A stretch of DNA of 33,240 bases. Source: Marine Group I thaumarchaeote (GTDB lineage: Archaea > Thermoproteota > Nitrososphaeria > Nitrososphaerales > Nitrosopumilaceae). The translations under genes were made by a program, and so were the position numbers. The notes under the pieces were generated by a model. It did no database searches and had not been told where the DNA came from. It worked only from the letters and a program-made list of their open reading frames with translations. The stretch lies in NCBI GenBank assembly GCA_044358425.1, contig CP054849.1, forward strand, positions 979,377-1,012,616. The letters are read 5' to 3'. Shown piece after piece: positions 16,863-26,644 of the stretch (position 1 is its first letter; every line of letters starts with the position of its first letter).

Positions 16863-16970
16863 ATGATTCAATGCGAATATTGTGCAAGAGGATTCATTGA
16901 GACAACTAATGGTCTTGCTGAGAAGACATTTCATGAATTACTTCATGAACCAGAAGTTGTAAACAAGTGA
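16863..16970 (+). CDS. 35-aa C2H2 zinc-finger microprotein (MIQCEYCARGFIETTNGLAEKTFHELLHEPEVVNK)
   Basis: C-x2-C-x3-F...H-x3-H; TTATTAAT box about 25 bp upstream; T-tract downstream. Confidence 0.7.
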   Translation: MIQCEYCARGFIETTNGLAEKTFHELLHEPEVVNK

Positions 16971-17031
16971 CTCTTTACATTTTTTATTTTAAACCTAAAT
17001 TTTTTATTCTTAGTTTCTTAATTCATCATAT

Positions 17032-18537
17032 ATGGTTTCTAAGACAAGTAAGAAAAAAGTTGTAAAAACAGTCAAAAAACAACCAAGTCCTGCAGCAGTA
17101 TTAAAAAAAGTTTCATCAGTTTCAGACTCTAACAAAGCATTACAGAAGGAAATTAAAGTTATGTCAAAGATATTTGGGGAAAATCAAAAAGTCCTAGTTT
17201 CTATGAAAGGAATGATTGACACATTAACATCAACATTAGAACATATTCAAAAACAATCTAAACAAATCAACATTATAGAAGACGATACTCAAAAATTGTA
17301 TGCAGGATTAAATCAAGTTAGAACACAATCTAATTTAATAAGTAAAATAAACAATCAAACTGAAAAATTAGAAAATGAATTAAGTAGAATTTCAGAAATA
17401 CAAAAGAAATCAAAACCTCAAGAAATATCTCAAAAAGTTGAAGACAGTATGAATTCAATTTCAAATAATTCACAAATGATCATAAAAATTGCACAAAGAA
17501 TTGACGAGGTTAGAGATGACTTGAGAGAAGTCTCTGGAAAAACAAATTCATTTTTAGAAATTAGCTCAGAGATGAATAAACTCAAAGAAAATATTGAAGA
17601 AATTTCTGGAAAAACAGAAAACATCAATGCAAGTAATCAGGTGGTTGAAAGTCTAAAACAAGAATTTGAGAAAATAATCGAAGGAATAACAGACGCATCA
17701 ACGGTAAATGCAGAATTAGAAGCAATCAAAATTTCAATTGATGCAATATCATCAAAAGCCTCAAAAATTGATTCGTTGGGAGGTGTGATAGAGGGACTCA
17801 AGCAACAATTTGAAACAGTCGCATCAACGGTAAGCTCTAGTGATGCAATAAGCTTAGAATCAGTTAGAGAATTAGGTGGCAAAATTGATAAAATTGAAAC
17901 TGAGATTAGTTCACTAGCAAAAAGGGCTGATTCTACTGCATTTGTGGGTGAAAATCTAAAAGTAGTTCAAGAAGATTTCTCAAATTTCAAATCTAATGTT
18001 TATGATAAAACAAACAATATTGAACAAAAAATTGTTTCAGTATCTGACACACTAAAGAGACAGGAAGCATCAACTGAAGAATTCCATAAAAAATCAGAAA
18101 AACTCTTTGAAGAAATACAATCAGTTAGAAATGTTACAAACAAGGCTTCCAGTGATTCTTCAAAAGAAATTATGGCCCTACTGAAACTATCAGAGTATCA
18201 ATCAAACATTAGGATGAATACAGAATCAAAATACGGTGATGCAAAAGATATTGAAAAAATGGCAAAACTTACAACTGAAATTGTAAATTTGTTTGATAAA
18301 ATTTCAATTGAATCAGGTGAAAAAATACCCTTACCACACGAGGTAAGACAATGGGCAGTCAGTAAAATGCTAGATTGTGCAGATAAATGGGAGATAAGAT
18401 TTAGTGACGTCTATTCAATTTTAACAAATGCTATTGGCAGAGATATGTTAAAAGAATCAATTAGAATTCAACAAGTAAGAGATATCTACGGAATTAGAGC
18501 AGTAGATGAAATTAGAAATGATCTAAATATTTCTTAG
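17032..18537 (+). CDS. Long coiled-coil protein with globular C-terminus
   Basis: About 350 aa of heptad-like S/E/K/I-rich sequence; no TM segment; no MCP hairpin signature. Confidence 0.85.
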   Translation: MVSKTSKKKVVKTVKKQPSPAAVLKKVSSVSDSNKALQKEIKVMSKIFGENQKVLVSMKGMIDTLTSTLEHIQKQSKQINIIEDDTQKLYAGLNQVRTQSNLISKINNQTEKLENELSRISEIQKKSKPQEISQKVEDSMNSISNNSQMIIKIAQRIDEVRDDLREVSGKTNSFLEISSEMNKLKENIEEISGKTENINASNQVVESLKQEFEKIIEGITDASTVNAELEAIKISIDAISSKASKIDSLGGVIEGLKQQFETVASTVSSSDAISLESVRELGGKIDKIETEISSLAKRADSTAFVGENLKVVQEDFSNFKSNVYDKTNNIEQKIVSVSDTLKRQEASTEEFHKKSEKLFEEIQSVRNVTNKASSDSSKEIMALLKLSEYQSNIRMNTESKYGDAKDIEKMAKLTTEIVNLFDKISIESGEKIPLPHEVRQWAVSKMLDCADKWEIRFSDVYSILTNAIGRDMLKESIRIQQVRDIYGIRAVDEIRNDLNIS

Positions 18538-20600
18538 ACACCGATTGAATCAGATTCTTTAAGTTGTGTTCTCTTTCGTTTTAATGCAGAAAATATTCCA
18601 ATTATCACTGCAATCCAAATAATACTAGAAAAAACATTTGCAATACTGACATACATGTATGGTGTTGCATCCATAATATTTTGTCGGAGTAAATCAGCTC
18701 TGTTGTTAATATCCATCATCCCTGTGTGATATGCTGAATTATTTGGTGGAATTGCAGAAATCTCATTAACACTTACAAGCATGGCATCCACATTATTTTG
18801 AATTCTGATGAAGTTGGTTGATTCAGTTGCAAAAATCCATACAGGATTCTTTGAAATAATTTGGCTTTGTGTATCAGTAGTTTCAGGTAATTTTTCTAAT
18901 AGAGGCGCCATATCTAATTGAATTGCAATTAGATGTGCACGAATAACTTCTGGGTCAGATGAACCTATTATCCCGTCAAAATGACCTCTAATTCTATCTA
19001 GAGGATAGATATCTGAATTATATCCATTAATTGCCATAAATCCACCAAAAATTATCAATCCTAAAATTCCAACCATGGATAGTTTGTAAACAGTATTTGC
19101 CATTTTCTCTTTCTTCGTCATTTTACGTTGTTCACTTGATTTATTTCTTTTAAATCGAGTATGAGAGAGACTCATGTAAGCAATAAAGAAAAATCCAATA
19201 GTTTGAATTGCAATAATCGGAACAAATACAGGATTATTTGAAAAGATTGAGATAAAAATTGCAAGTATACCATAAACACCAAAAAATATTTCCAAAAGAG
19301 TTGTTTGTGTAAAAGGTAAATTGTATGCCTTTCCTTTCCAGTCATCTTCTTTTTTGATTATACCATATTTTGGAGTTCGAAGAAATTCATTTTTTCTACC
19401 AAAGACAGCATCAAAAACTGCAACAGTGTTATTGACAGACATACCAGCATTGTAAACCAATAATGCAGGAAGTAACTTTGCTTTAGATTTCCACGACTTC
19501 CCATACATATTTTGAATAATCAAAATATATGCACCAGGACCCATTGCAAGATAAGTTGCAAAGGTAATGATAGGTAGAAAACTTACAACATAAAGATTAA
19601 CTTGACCTGCTAAAAGAATTGGTAATGCCAAAAATTGAATTAACATTAATGGATAAACAATATGACGAGTTAATTGAACAAATGCTTGTACTTTAGTTTC
19701 AACAGAAATTTTACGTTTTGCAGTGATGTCATAAAGCAACTTTGTAGCACATTGAATTGAGCCTTTTGCCCATCGAAATTGTTGTCTTTTTGCAGCATTC
19801 ATTTGAGCAGGAAGTTCTGCATCAACTACAATATCAGGCAAAAACACACATTTCCATCCTTTCATCTGGGCTCTATAACTCAAATCAAGATCTTCAACTA
19901 AAGTTGCAGTATGCCAACCACCTGCATCCTCAATACAATCACGTTTCCAAATTCCAGCAGTACCATTAAAGTTCATAAACAAATTGGAATCACTTTTTGC
20001 CTTTTGCTCAATTAGAAAATGAAAATCAAGACTAAGAGCTTGCACTTTTGTGATGGTGGAATAATTTTCATTTACATGACCCCAACGACATTGAATCAAA
20101 CCAATATTTGATTTTGAAAAATGAGGAATTGCTTTTTTAAGAAACCATGTTGGAGGAATAAAATCTGCATCAAATATTGCTACAAGCTCCGTATCAGTAA
20201 TTTGCATTGCATATTTGAGAGCACCTGCTTTGTATCCCTTTCTTGTTCCACGTCTAATATGTTCAATTTGGAATCCCTGTGTTTTGTAATAGTTCACAGT
20301 TTTTTCAAGTAAATCAACAGTGTCATCATCAGAATCATCTAAAACCATAATATTCATTTGATTTTTTGGGTAGTCCAAATTACATACTGCATCTACAAGT
20401 CTTTTGGCAACATACTTTTCATTGTAAATTGGAAGTTGAATTGTTACAGAAGGGGTTCCCAAATCAACAGTTTCAATTGATTTATTTCGTTTGTTTGCAA
20501 GAAAAACAAGATAGTAAAAATTACAAGTATATGCAGTAATCAAAATAGCAGAAATAATAAACAAATCAAATACTAATGCAATGAAAGGATTTCCAGCCAT
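18534..20600 (-). CDS. Processive GT2 glycosyltransferase (cellulose synthase-like, CslA/CslC type)
   Basis: QLPIYNE, DDSDD, YKAGAL, FDADF, TLVEDLD, QQFRW (QxxRW); multiple TM helices. Confidence 0.92.
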   Translation of the reverse strand: MAGNPFIALVFDLFIISAILITAYTCNFYYLVFLANKRNKSIETVDLGTPSVTIQLPIYNEKYVAKRLVDAVCNLDYPKNQMNIMVLDDSDDDTVDLLEKTVNYYKTQGFQIEHIRRGTRKGYKAGALKYAMQITDTELVAIFDADFIPPTWFLKKAIPHFSKSNIGLIQCRWGHVNENYSTITKVQALSLDFHFLIEQKAKSDSNLFMNFNGTAGIWKRDCIEDAGGWHTATLVEDLDLSYRAQMKGWKCVFLPDIVVDAELPAQMNAAKRQQFRWAKGSIQCATKLLYDITAKRKISVETKVQAFVQLTRHIVYPLMLIQFLALPILLAGQVNLYVVSFLPIITFATYLAMGPGAYILIIQNMYGKSWKSKAKLLPALLVYNAGMSVNNTVAVFDAVFGRKNEFLRTPKYGIIKKEDDWKGKAYNLPFTQTTLLEIFFGVYGILAIFISIFSNNPVFVPIIAIQTIGFFFIAYMSLSHTRFKRNKSSEQRKMTKKEKMANTVYKLSMVGILGLIIFGGFMAINGYNSDIYPLDRIRGHFDGIIGSSDPEVIRAHLIAIQLDMAPLLEKLPETTDTQSQIISKNPVWIFATESTNFIRIQNNVDAMLVSVNEISAIPPNNSAYHTGMMDINNRADLLRQNIMDATPYMYVSIANVFSSIIWIAVIIGIFSALKRKRTQLKESDSIGV

Positions 20601-20651
20601 CTTTAGCTGCTCAAAAGTAGTTATCGCTATTTATAGTTGCAATAAATGCAA

Positions 20652-21599
20652 TTATTTTTGTTCATAGATTTTGATTGCTTGTGGAGGACATACACCTTCG
20701 CATGCAAGACAGAAAATACAATCAGGTTCTTTTGACATCAATGGTTTTTTATCAGATGCAGGATTTCCTGGAGAATCAAACCATTCGTAAACTCCAACGG
20801 GACAGGCTTCTATACATCCACCATCTGCAACACAAATATCATAATCTACTGAGACAAATTCTCCCCAAATACCCATAATTCCATTACTGGTACCTTTACG
20901 ACCCCAAGTTTTGATAGTATGTTCTGCAGCTTCATAAACAGCAGAAGGTTTCATTTTTGATTTGTACTCAACATCAATTGGTCCAGGTTTTGCACCATCT
21001 GGAATTTCAATAGATGCATCGTCTTCTTCTTCTTCCTCATCTGTTGCTTCAATTGGTTTTGGTTTTGCACCAAGAACAATTTTTGCCAAAGGAGTTAGTT
21101 CCTCTAATCTTTGAATTGCATTTAGTTCGGGAATCTTTTCACTTTTTGCCAAATAAGAAATCATCTTATCTGCCAAAATTGTATTTCTCAAAATAGTATC
21201 AATTACCATTTTTGCAAAATGGTCTGCTTTCTTTCTATAATCTTTAACCCAATTAGGATCTCCAAATTTCTCAATTGGAAATACCTGATAAATTATATCA
21301 ACAACTTCTCCAGTGACAATTTCTACTGTTACAGATAAATCAACTTCTTCGTATCCTTTCTCATCAGGATCTTCCATGTTTTGTTCTTTCCAACGATACG
21401 TAGCGTAAATTCTATCTGCATACATATCCATTTCAAATGCTTTTTTCAAACCATCGTGAACAGATTTAATTTCATTTGGTTCCTCAAGCACTATAGGTAA
21501 TCGGTATAAACCAAGTTTGAATCCATGTAATGGGTATACTCCACGCTTTGCAGTTGGGGCTTCCATTGACCAGACCCGATCTTTTAAAAGTAATGACAT
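20652..21599 (-). CDS. Dicluster ferredoxin fused to a large N-terminal domain
   Basis: CVADGGCIEACP and CIFCLACEGVCP at the C-terminus; acidic linker DEEEEEDD. Confidence 0.88.
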   Translation of the reverse strand: MSLLLKDRVWSMEAPTAKRGVYPLHGFKLGLYRLPIVLEEPNEIKSVHDGLKKAFEMDMYADRIYATYRWKEQNMEDPDEKGYEEVDLSVTVEIVTGEVVDIIYQVFPIEKFGDPNWVKDYRKKADHFAKMVIDTILRNTILADKMISYLAKSEKIPELNAIQRLEELTPLAKIVLGAKPKPIEATDEEEEEDDASIEIPDGAKPGPIDVEYKSKMKPSAVYEAAEHTIKTWGRKGTSNGIMGIWGEFVSVDYDICVADGGCIEACPVGVYEWFDSPGNPASDKKPLMSKEPDCIFCLACEGVCPPQAIKIYEQK

Positions 21600-21635
21600 C
21601 TGTTTTTTGTTAGTAGAATTTAGTTAAAAACGTTA

Positions 21636-21947
21636 TCAGTCATCATCTTGAGGGCAGGTTAATTCCCTTAATTCAGTATATTTTTTCTCCATGGCATTTG
21701 CATGAAGTTGAACATCAGATAGATCATAGGAATCTTTAGAAAAATACCATCTAATTGGAACCCAGTGTCCAATTCCATCCATATCATGAATCATTCCCTT
21801 ATCAGCCTTAACTTTGAGAGTTTCATCAATAGAAGTTTCTTTAATTTCCAAGCCTCGTTTGGTTTTATCTTCTAAAATTATTGCTGAATTTCCATCTTTT
21901 ATAAAATAAAAAGTTCCTTTTTCAAGAACGGGTAAATCTAAAAGCAA
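21636..21947 (-). CDS. Hypothetical protein
   Basis: TTG start 1 nt after the sulfurtransferase stop. Confidence 0.75.
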   Translation of the reverse strand: MLLDLPVLEKGTFYFIKDGNSAIILEDKTKRGLEIKETSIDETLKVKADKGMIHDMDGIGHWVPIRWYFSKDSYDLSDVQLHANAMEKKYTELRELTCPQDDD

Positions 21948-21948
21948 T

Positions 21949-22794
21949 TTATTTTTCCACAGGATTTCCTATCATGTTACCCCATTCAGTCCAGGAGCCA
22001 TCATAGTTTCTTACCTTTGGATATCCAAGTAAATATTTTAAAACAAACCAGCTATGCGATGAACGTTCACCAATTCGACAATAACAAATTACATCTTTGT
22101 CAGGGGTTACACCTTTTGGTTCATAGTTTTGTCTTAGTTCTTCAACTCCTTTGAATGTTCCATCAGCATCATTTACAGCAGTTGCCCATGGAATATTATT
22201 TGCTTCAGGAATATGTCCACCTCTTTGTGCATGTTCCATAGGATATTCTGGCGGAGCTGTTATTTGACCTGAAAATTCTGCAGGTGAGCGCACATCAACC
22301 ATCACAGTGTCTTCTTTTCCAATTCCTCTACTAACATCAAATAGATATGCACGTAAGCCCTCATCAGGTGGTTGTGCAACGTATTGTGATGAAGTAATTT
22401 GTGGCTCATCAGTAGTGTAATCACGATTTTCTAATTCCCATTTTTTTCTACCGCCATTCATTATCTTTAGATTTTCATGTCCATAAATTTTGAAAACCCA
22501 AAAAACAAAAGCTGCAAACCAATTATTGAAATCACCATAAAGAATAACTTCAGTGTCAGCAGTGATTCCATTTTTAGACATTAATGCTTCAAATTCTTTT
22601 TTGCTAATTATGTCACGGGTCACAGGGTCATTGATATCACGTTTCCACCATATGAGACTTGCACCTTCAATGTGACCTTTTTGATATCCGTTTACAGGAT
22701 CATAATCAACTTCAACTAATTTTCTATTTTCATTTGGAGGGTTTTGTGATAACCATTCAGTGTCAACTAATACTTCAGGATGTGCGTAGCTCAT
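21949..22794 (-). CDS. Thiosulfate sulfurtransferase (tandem rhodanese, CysA/SseA-like)
   Basis: LVDTEWL, GHIEGA, GHIPEA, YCRIGERS, YDGSWTEW; likely start MSYAHP. Confidence 0.94.
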   Translation of the reverse strand: MSYAHPEVLVDTEWLSQNPPNENRKLVEVDYDPVNGYQKGHIEGASLIWWKRDINDPVTRDIISKKEFEALMSKNGITADTEVILYGDFNNWFAAFVFWVFKIYGHENLKIMNGGRKKWELENRDYTTDEPQITSSQYVAQPPDEGLRAYLFDVSRGIGKEDTVMVDVRSPAEFSGQITAPPEYPMEHAQRGGHIPEANNIPWATAVNDADGTFKGVEELRQNYEPKGVTPDKDVICYCRIGERSSHSWFVLKYLLGYPKVRNYDGSWTEWGNMIGNPVEK

Positions 22795-22884
22795 AATTTC
22801 ATGAATCCACATTCATACTTAATTGTTTTTACAATTGTGCGTAAAAATATCATTTTTATGTAAATACAATTCAAAGGAACTTAC

Positions 22885-23700
22885 TTGAAACTAGAAAATG
22901 TTGCCGTTGTAAGTAAAGTAGGAAACAAAGATTCAGAAAATGCTGCAGTAGATGTTGCTAAAAAATTATTATCAAAAAAAGCAACCGTGTATACAATTTC
23001 ACCAGTTAGTGTTGAAGGAGCAAAACAGATGGAAGAACTAGAAGAAATTCAGAATGTAAAGTTAGATCTCGTAGTAACATTAGGAGGAGATGGAACAACG
23101 CTTCGTGTTTTTCGAAATTTAGAAAATGAGACACCAATCCTAACAATCAATGTTGGTGGAAATAGAGGAATTTTAGCAGAAATTACAATTGACGAGATTG
23201 ATGAGGCATTAAATGAAATTTTAAATGACAACTTCTTTTTAGATAAAAGAACTAGAGTTACTGCAGTATGTGGCGGAGTAGAATTTCCACCAGCACTAAA
23301 TGAAATTTACATTAGCAGAGCAAACTTGACTAAAACTGCAGAAATTGAAATTAAATTTCAAAATGATACAGTAAAACAAAAGATGGACGGAGTGATTATT
23401 GCAACACCTAGTGGTTCAACAGGTCATTCATTTTCATTAGGAGGTCCAATATTACACGAAAGTTTAGATGTCTTGATCATCACACCAGTTGCACCAGTAT
23501 ACAGATTAGCATCATTAGTTGTACCTGATGAAAAAATTGAAATTATTTCTTCACACGATTGCAATATTGCAATAGATGCACAAGTTGTAAAATCTGCAGG
23601 ATATGAAGAATCAATAATTATTAAAAAATACAAAAGCCCAGCAGTTTTCATTAGATTGAAAAAAAGAGGTTTAAGACAAATGAGCAAACTTGGATTTTAG
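22885..23700 (+). CDS. nadK: NAD kinase
   Basis: GGDGT, ALNE, DGVIIATPSGSTGHSFSLGGP. Confidence 0.94.
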   Translation: MKLENVAVVSKVGNKDSENAAVDVAKKLLSKKATVYTISPVSVEGAKQMEELEEIQNVKLDLVVTLGGDGTTLRVFRNLENETPILTINVGGNRGILAEITIDEIDEALNEILNDNFFLDKRTRVTAVCGGVEFPPALNEIYISRANLTKTAEIEIKFQNDTVKQKMDGVIIATPSGSTGHSFSLGGPILHESLDVLIITPVAPVYRLASLVVPDEKIEIISSHDCNIAIDAQVVKSAGYEESIIIKKYKSPAVFIRLKKRGLRQMSKLGF

Positions 23701-24166
23701 AATTTTAGATGCTAGTGCATTTTATGCAGGAGTTCCATTTAGATCATCTGAAGATTGCTACACAACATCTCTAGTTTATGATGAAATTCAACATATCAAA
23801 AAAAATCAGGATGTTTTAGGAACTCTTCTCGAAACAAATCGACTGAAAATTAGGGAGCCTGACAAACAATCAACTCAGGCTGCAATTAAAGCAGCAAAAG
23901 AAACAGGAGATTTTCCTCAATTATCAAAACAAGATGTTTCTATTATTGCATTAGGAATTGAAACAAAAGGACAAATCATCACAGATGACTTTGCGATTTC
24001 AAATGTTGCAAAAAACATGGGATTAAACATTGCACCAATTATGACAAAGGGAATTAAAGATGTTGGAAAATGGATTCATTATTGTCCGGGTTGTAAAACT
24101 AGTTTCAAAGGGGGAAAAGAATGCTCAAATTGCGGAACAGCATTGAAAAGAAAATTAATCAAATAA
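23690..24166 (+). CDS. nob1: Nob1-like PIN endonuclease with Zn ribbon
   Basis: ILDASAF, TGD...LS..D, ITDDFAI.N, CPGC...CSNCG. Confidence 0.88.
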   Translation: MDFRILDASAFYAGVPFRSSEDCYTTSLVYDEIQHIKKNQDVLGTLLETNRLKIREPDKQSTQAAIKAAKETGDFPQLSKQDVSIIALGIETKGQIITDDFAISNVAKNMGLNIAPIMTKGIKDVGKWIHYCPGCKTSFKGGKECSNCGTALKRKLIK

Positions 24167-24180
24167 TTTTTTCAGAATAA

Positions 24181-24999
24181 TTATTGCTGCGAAATATAAA
24201 ATACAACACTGACATTTGTAGTAATTTCTTCATCACCAGACATGATTGGTGCAGATTTCATTGATGATTCAGCAAAACCATCAAAAGATGCACGCATTGG
24301 ACTGTCATAGTATGGAACTACATTATCATGAATAACTACAGATTTTACTCCAACAATTTTTTGTTTTAACGGAACTAGTGCTTTTTCTGCTTTTTGGGTT
24401 GCATCATTAATAGCATCAGAAATTAAGTCATCACTAATTTTTTGTAATTTATCATCAGATAATTGAAATGAAATGTTGTCAACACGATTAGCTCCTGAAG
24501 AAACTGCTGCATCAATAATGTCTCCAGCAGAATTGATTTTGTCAGTTTGAATTAATAAAATATTTGACACACGATATCCATTTAGAATTTGTTTCCAGTT
24601 TCCACTAAGATCTTTTATGCTATCATATATTGGATAAATTGAAAAATTTGATGTTTGAATCTCATCTTCAGAAATTCCAGAATTAGTTAATGCAGAAATT
24701 ACAGAATTCAGAGAGTCAGAATTTTGAGATAAGGAATCATTAGCAGTTTTGGCTTCAGATTCGACTCCAAGTACAATTACTAATGAATCAGGATTTGAAG
24801 AGACAGTTGCGCTACCAGAAACAGATATGGTTTGTTCAGAAGGATCATATTTTTTCAACCACTCATAAATTAATTCTTCAGGAATATCATCTCCAATTAC
24901 TTGAGATTCAACTTGTTTATCGCTTTGAGTTAAAGTTACAGCAAAAGCTAAAACAAAGATTACACCAACTACAACTGCAATATTCACACGATTGTCCAT
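24181..24999 (-). CDS. SIMPL domain (DUF541) membrane-anchored protein
   Basis: N-terminal TM, ISVSGSATV...PD, IQTSNFSIYP.Y, GYRVSN, IIDAAVSSGANRV. Confidence 0.88.
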   Translation of the reverse strand: MDNRVNIAVVVGVIFVLAFAVTLTQSDKQVESQVIGDDIPEELIYEWLKKYDPSEQTISVSGSATVSSNPDSLVIVLGVESEAKTANDSLSQNSDSLNSVISALTNSGISEDEIQTSNFSIYPIYDSIKDLSGNWKQILNGYRVSNILLIQTDKINSAGDIIDAAVSSGANRVDNISFQLSDDKLQKISDDLISDAINDATQKAEKALVPLKQKIVGVKSVVIHDNVVPYYDSPMRASFDGFAESSMKSAPIMSGDEEITTNVSVVFYISQQ

Positions 25000-25054
25000 A
25001 GAATTTCTAAAATTATATCATATAAAAATCGACGAAATAAAAGGATAGCAATAG

Positions 25055-25735
25055 TTATGTCAATGTCTTTTGGGAACTTTCCTTTTGAAGTTTATTTTTA
25101 GTTGTTAACATGTTTTTGATTTTTTTTGCACGAGCTTCACCCAATCCCTCAACTTTGGCCAATTCAGAAGTAGTTGCGCTAAAAACTTTTGATGGAGTAC
25201 CAAATTTTTCAAGCATTCGAACTGCAAATTTTTCACCAATTCCAGGCAAACTACAAAGTGTGGATAATTGCTGAGTTTCTAAATTCGATGATTTTTTAAT
25301 TTTTTTCAAGTAAGGACCTGTTGGCCCATCTTTTTTAGAACACATTGAAACTAATAATTTTGCAGTATGAGATGCACTAGGGGTAGGGATTATAGGAATT
25401 TTAAATTCCAAAACAACTCGAGAAATAGCACCATAGAAAACCAAGGGATTGTCAGCAATTTCTTCAATTTCATCAACATTTCCTTCTAGTAAAACTATAG
25501 GATTTGCAAAATGCTCTTTGAGTCTACTGCATTGGTCATATAATCTTCCATCAAAAACAGAGGCCATCAAATCCTTGATACTTTTTCTTTCAACAATAGT
25601 TTCAGGTGCAACAATATAATCACCAATTGGAAGTGTTTTCATTTCCACATTCATGCCAATTGCTTTGAGTAATTTTGGAATTCCACTTTTGGTTTCTCGT
25701 TCATCAACAATTATTCGAAGATTTTCTAATTTCAC
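25055..25735 (-). CDS. xpf: XPF/ERCC4 structure-specific nuclease (short form, HhH2)
   Basis: IIVDERE, GDYIV...VERKS..DL, LPGIG and VEGLG helix-hairpin-helix motifs. Confidence 0.92.
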   Translation of the reverse strand: MKLENLRIIVDERETKSGIPKLLKAIGMNVEMKTLPIGDYIVAPETIVERKSIKDLMASVFDGRLYDQCSRLKEHFANPIVLLEGNVDEIEEIADNPLVFYGAISRVVLEFKIPIIPTPSASHTAKLLVSMCSKKDGPTGPYLKKIKKSSNLETQQLSTLCSLPGIGEKFAVRMLEKFGTPSKVFSATTSELAKVEGLGEARAKKIKNMLTTKNKLQKESSQKTLT

Positions 25736-25785
25736 AAATATCAGTTATAATGAATTGTTAATATCTTATTTGAAATAGACTAAAA

Positions 25786-26178
25786 TTATTTTCTAGGGTT
25801 GTCATCTGCTGCTGGAGGTGGAGGAGCATTACCACTTTTCATCATTTCAGTGATTTTTGCTTCTTGTTCTTTGAGAGTTTCTTTTACACGAACTTCTTGT
25901 TTTTCAAGAACAGTTGATCTAGTTTTTGCTAATTCTATTTTTTCCTCAAGTTCATCAACTAGTGTTTTTTTATCAGATTTAATTAATACAGTTCCAGCTT
26001 GTTTAAAGACAGAATCACCATCAGCAACTTTCTTTAATTCATCAATAGCTTTTTCTGTTTCTGCTTTTTCCATTTCAAGATGTTGTCTTTGAGTCATTAT
26101 AGATTGTAAATTTTGTTGAGATTGTTGTAATTTTCCAATTTGTTCTTGAAGCCATGGAGGCATTTGTCCAGCAGACAT
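25786..26178 (-). CDS. pfdB: Prefoldin beta subunit
   Basis: Coiled coils flanking VFKQAGTVLIK; canonical position in the exosome superoperon. Confidence 0.93.
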   Translation of the reverse strand: MSAGQMPPWLQEQIGKLQQSQQNLQSIMTQRQHLEMEKAETEKAIDELKKVADGDSVFKQAGTVLIKSDKKTLVDELEEKIELAKTRSTVLEKQEVRVKETLKEQEAKITEMMKSGNAPPPPAADDNPRK

Positions 26179-26201
26179 GAATATTTGTGAAACTAATCTG
26201 A

Positions 26202-26447
26202 TTATATCTTTACCGATTCAATTGTATCGTAGCTAGCTTGAATTAATCGGAGTGTTGAATTTAGATTTGCTCTAAGATGTGCAATTTGATCAGTTTCAGC
26301 GGAAATTACTAATTTTTCATCTAATTTGATTTTAGTTTTAACAGGATTTTCAGGATAAAACTCATTATCTGTGTTTACAGAATCAAAAATTGCATTGTTT
26401 TTATCTTTAGCATCTACAGTGATTTTTGCACTATAGTTTAATGTCAT
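26202..26447 (-). CDS. pcc1: KEOPS complex subunit Pcc1
   Basis: LRANLNSTLRLI motif; position between rpl37ae and pfdB; likely start MTLNYS at 26447. Confidence 0.8.
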   Translation of the reverse strand: MTLNYSAKITVDAKDKNNAIFDSVNTDNEFYPENPVKTKIKLDEKLVISAETDQIAHLRANLNSTLRLIQASYDTIESVKI

Positions 26448-26643
26448 ATGCAGTTCCAGCAACTTTATAGTTACATTTCTTACAAGACCAAATTCCAACA
26501 GCATCTCTGCCAAATGTTTGGGAACCACATTCAGGACAACTTCTTTTTTGTTTTAATTGAAGATGAACTTTTGTGTATTGTTTTCTAAGTTTAATTCCAT
26601 AACGTGCACCTAAGCCTTTAAGTGATTTCTTTGCTTTTGCCAT
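26431..26643 (-). CDS. rpl37ae: 50S ribosomal protein L37Ae (eL43)
   Basis: GARYG..LRK, CPEC...GIWSCKKC...AGTAY. Confidence 0.95.
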   Translation of the reverse strand: MAKAKKSLKGLGARYGIKLRKQYTKVHLQLKQKRSCPECGSQTFGRDAVGIWSCKKCNYKVAGTAYDIKL

Positions 26644-26644
26644 A

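Noticed and set aside
16692-16934. 80-aa minus-strand ORF
   Set aside because: Overlaps the better-supported C/D sRNA and C2H2 microgene on the + strand; sequence is not protein-like.
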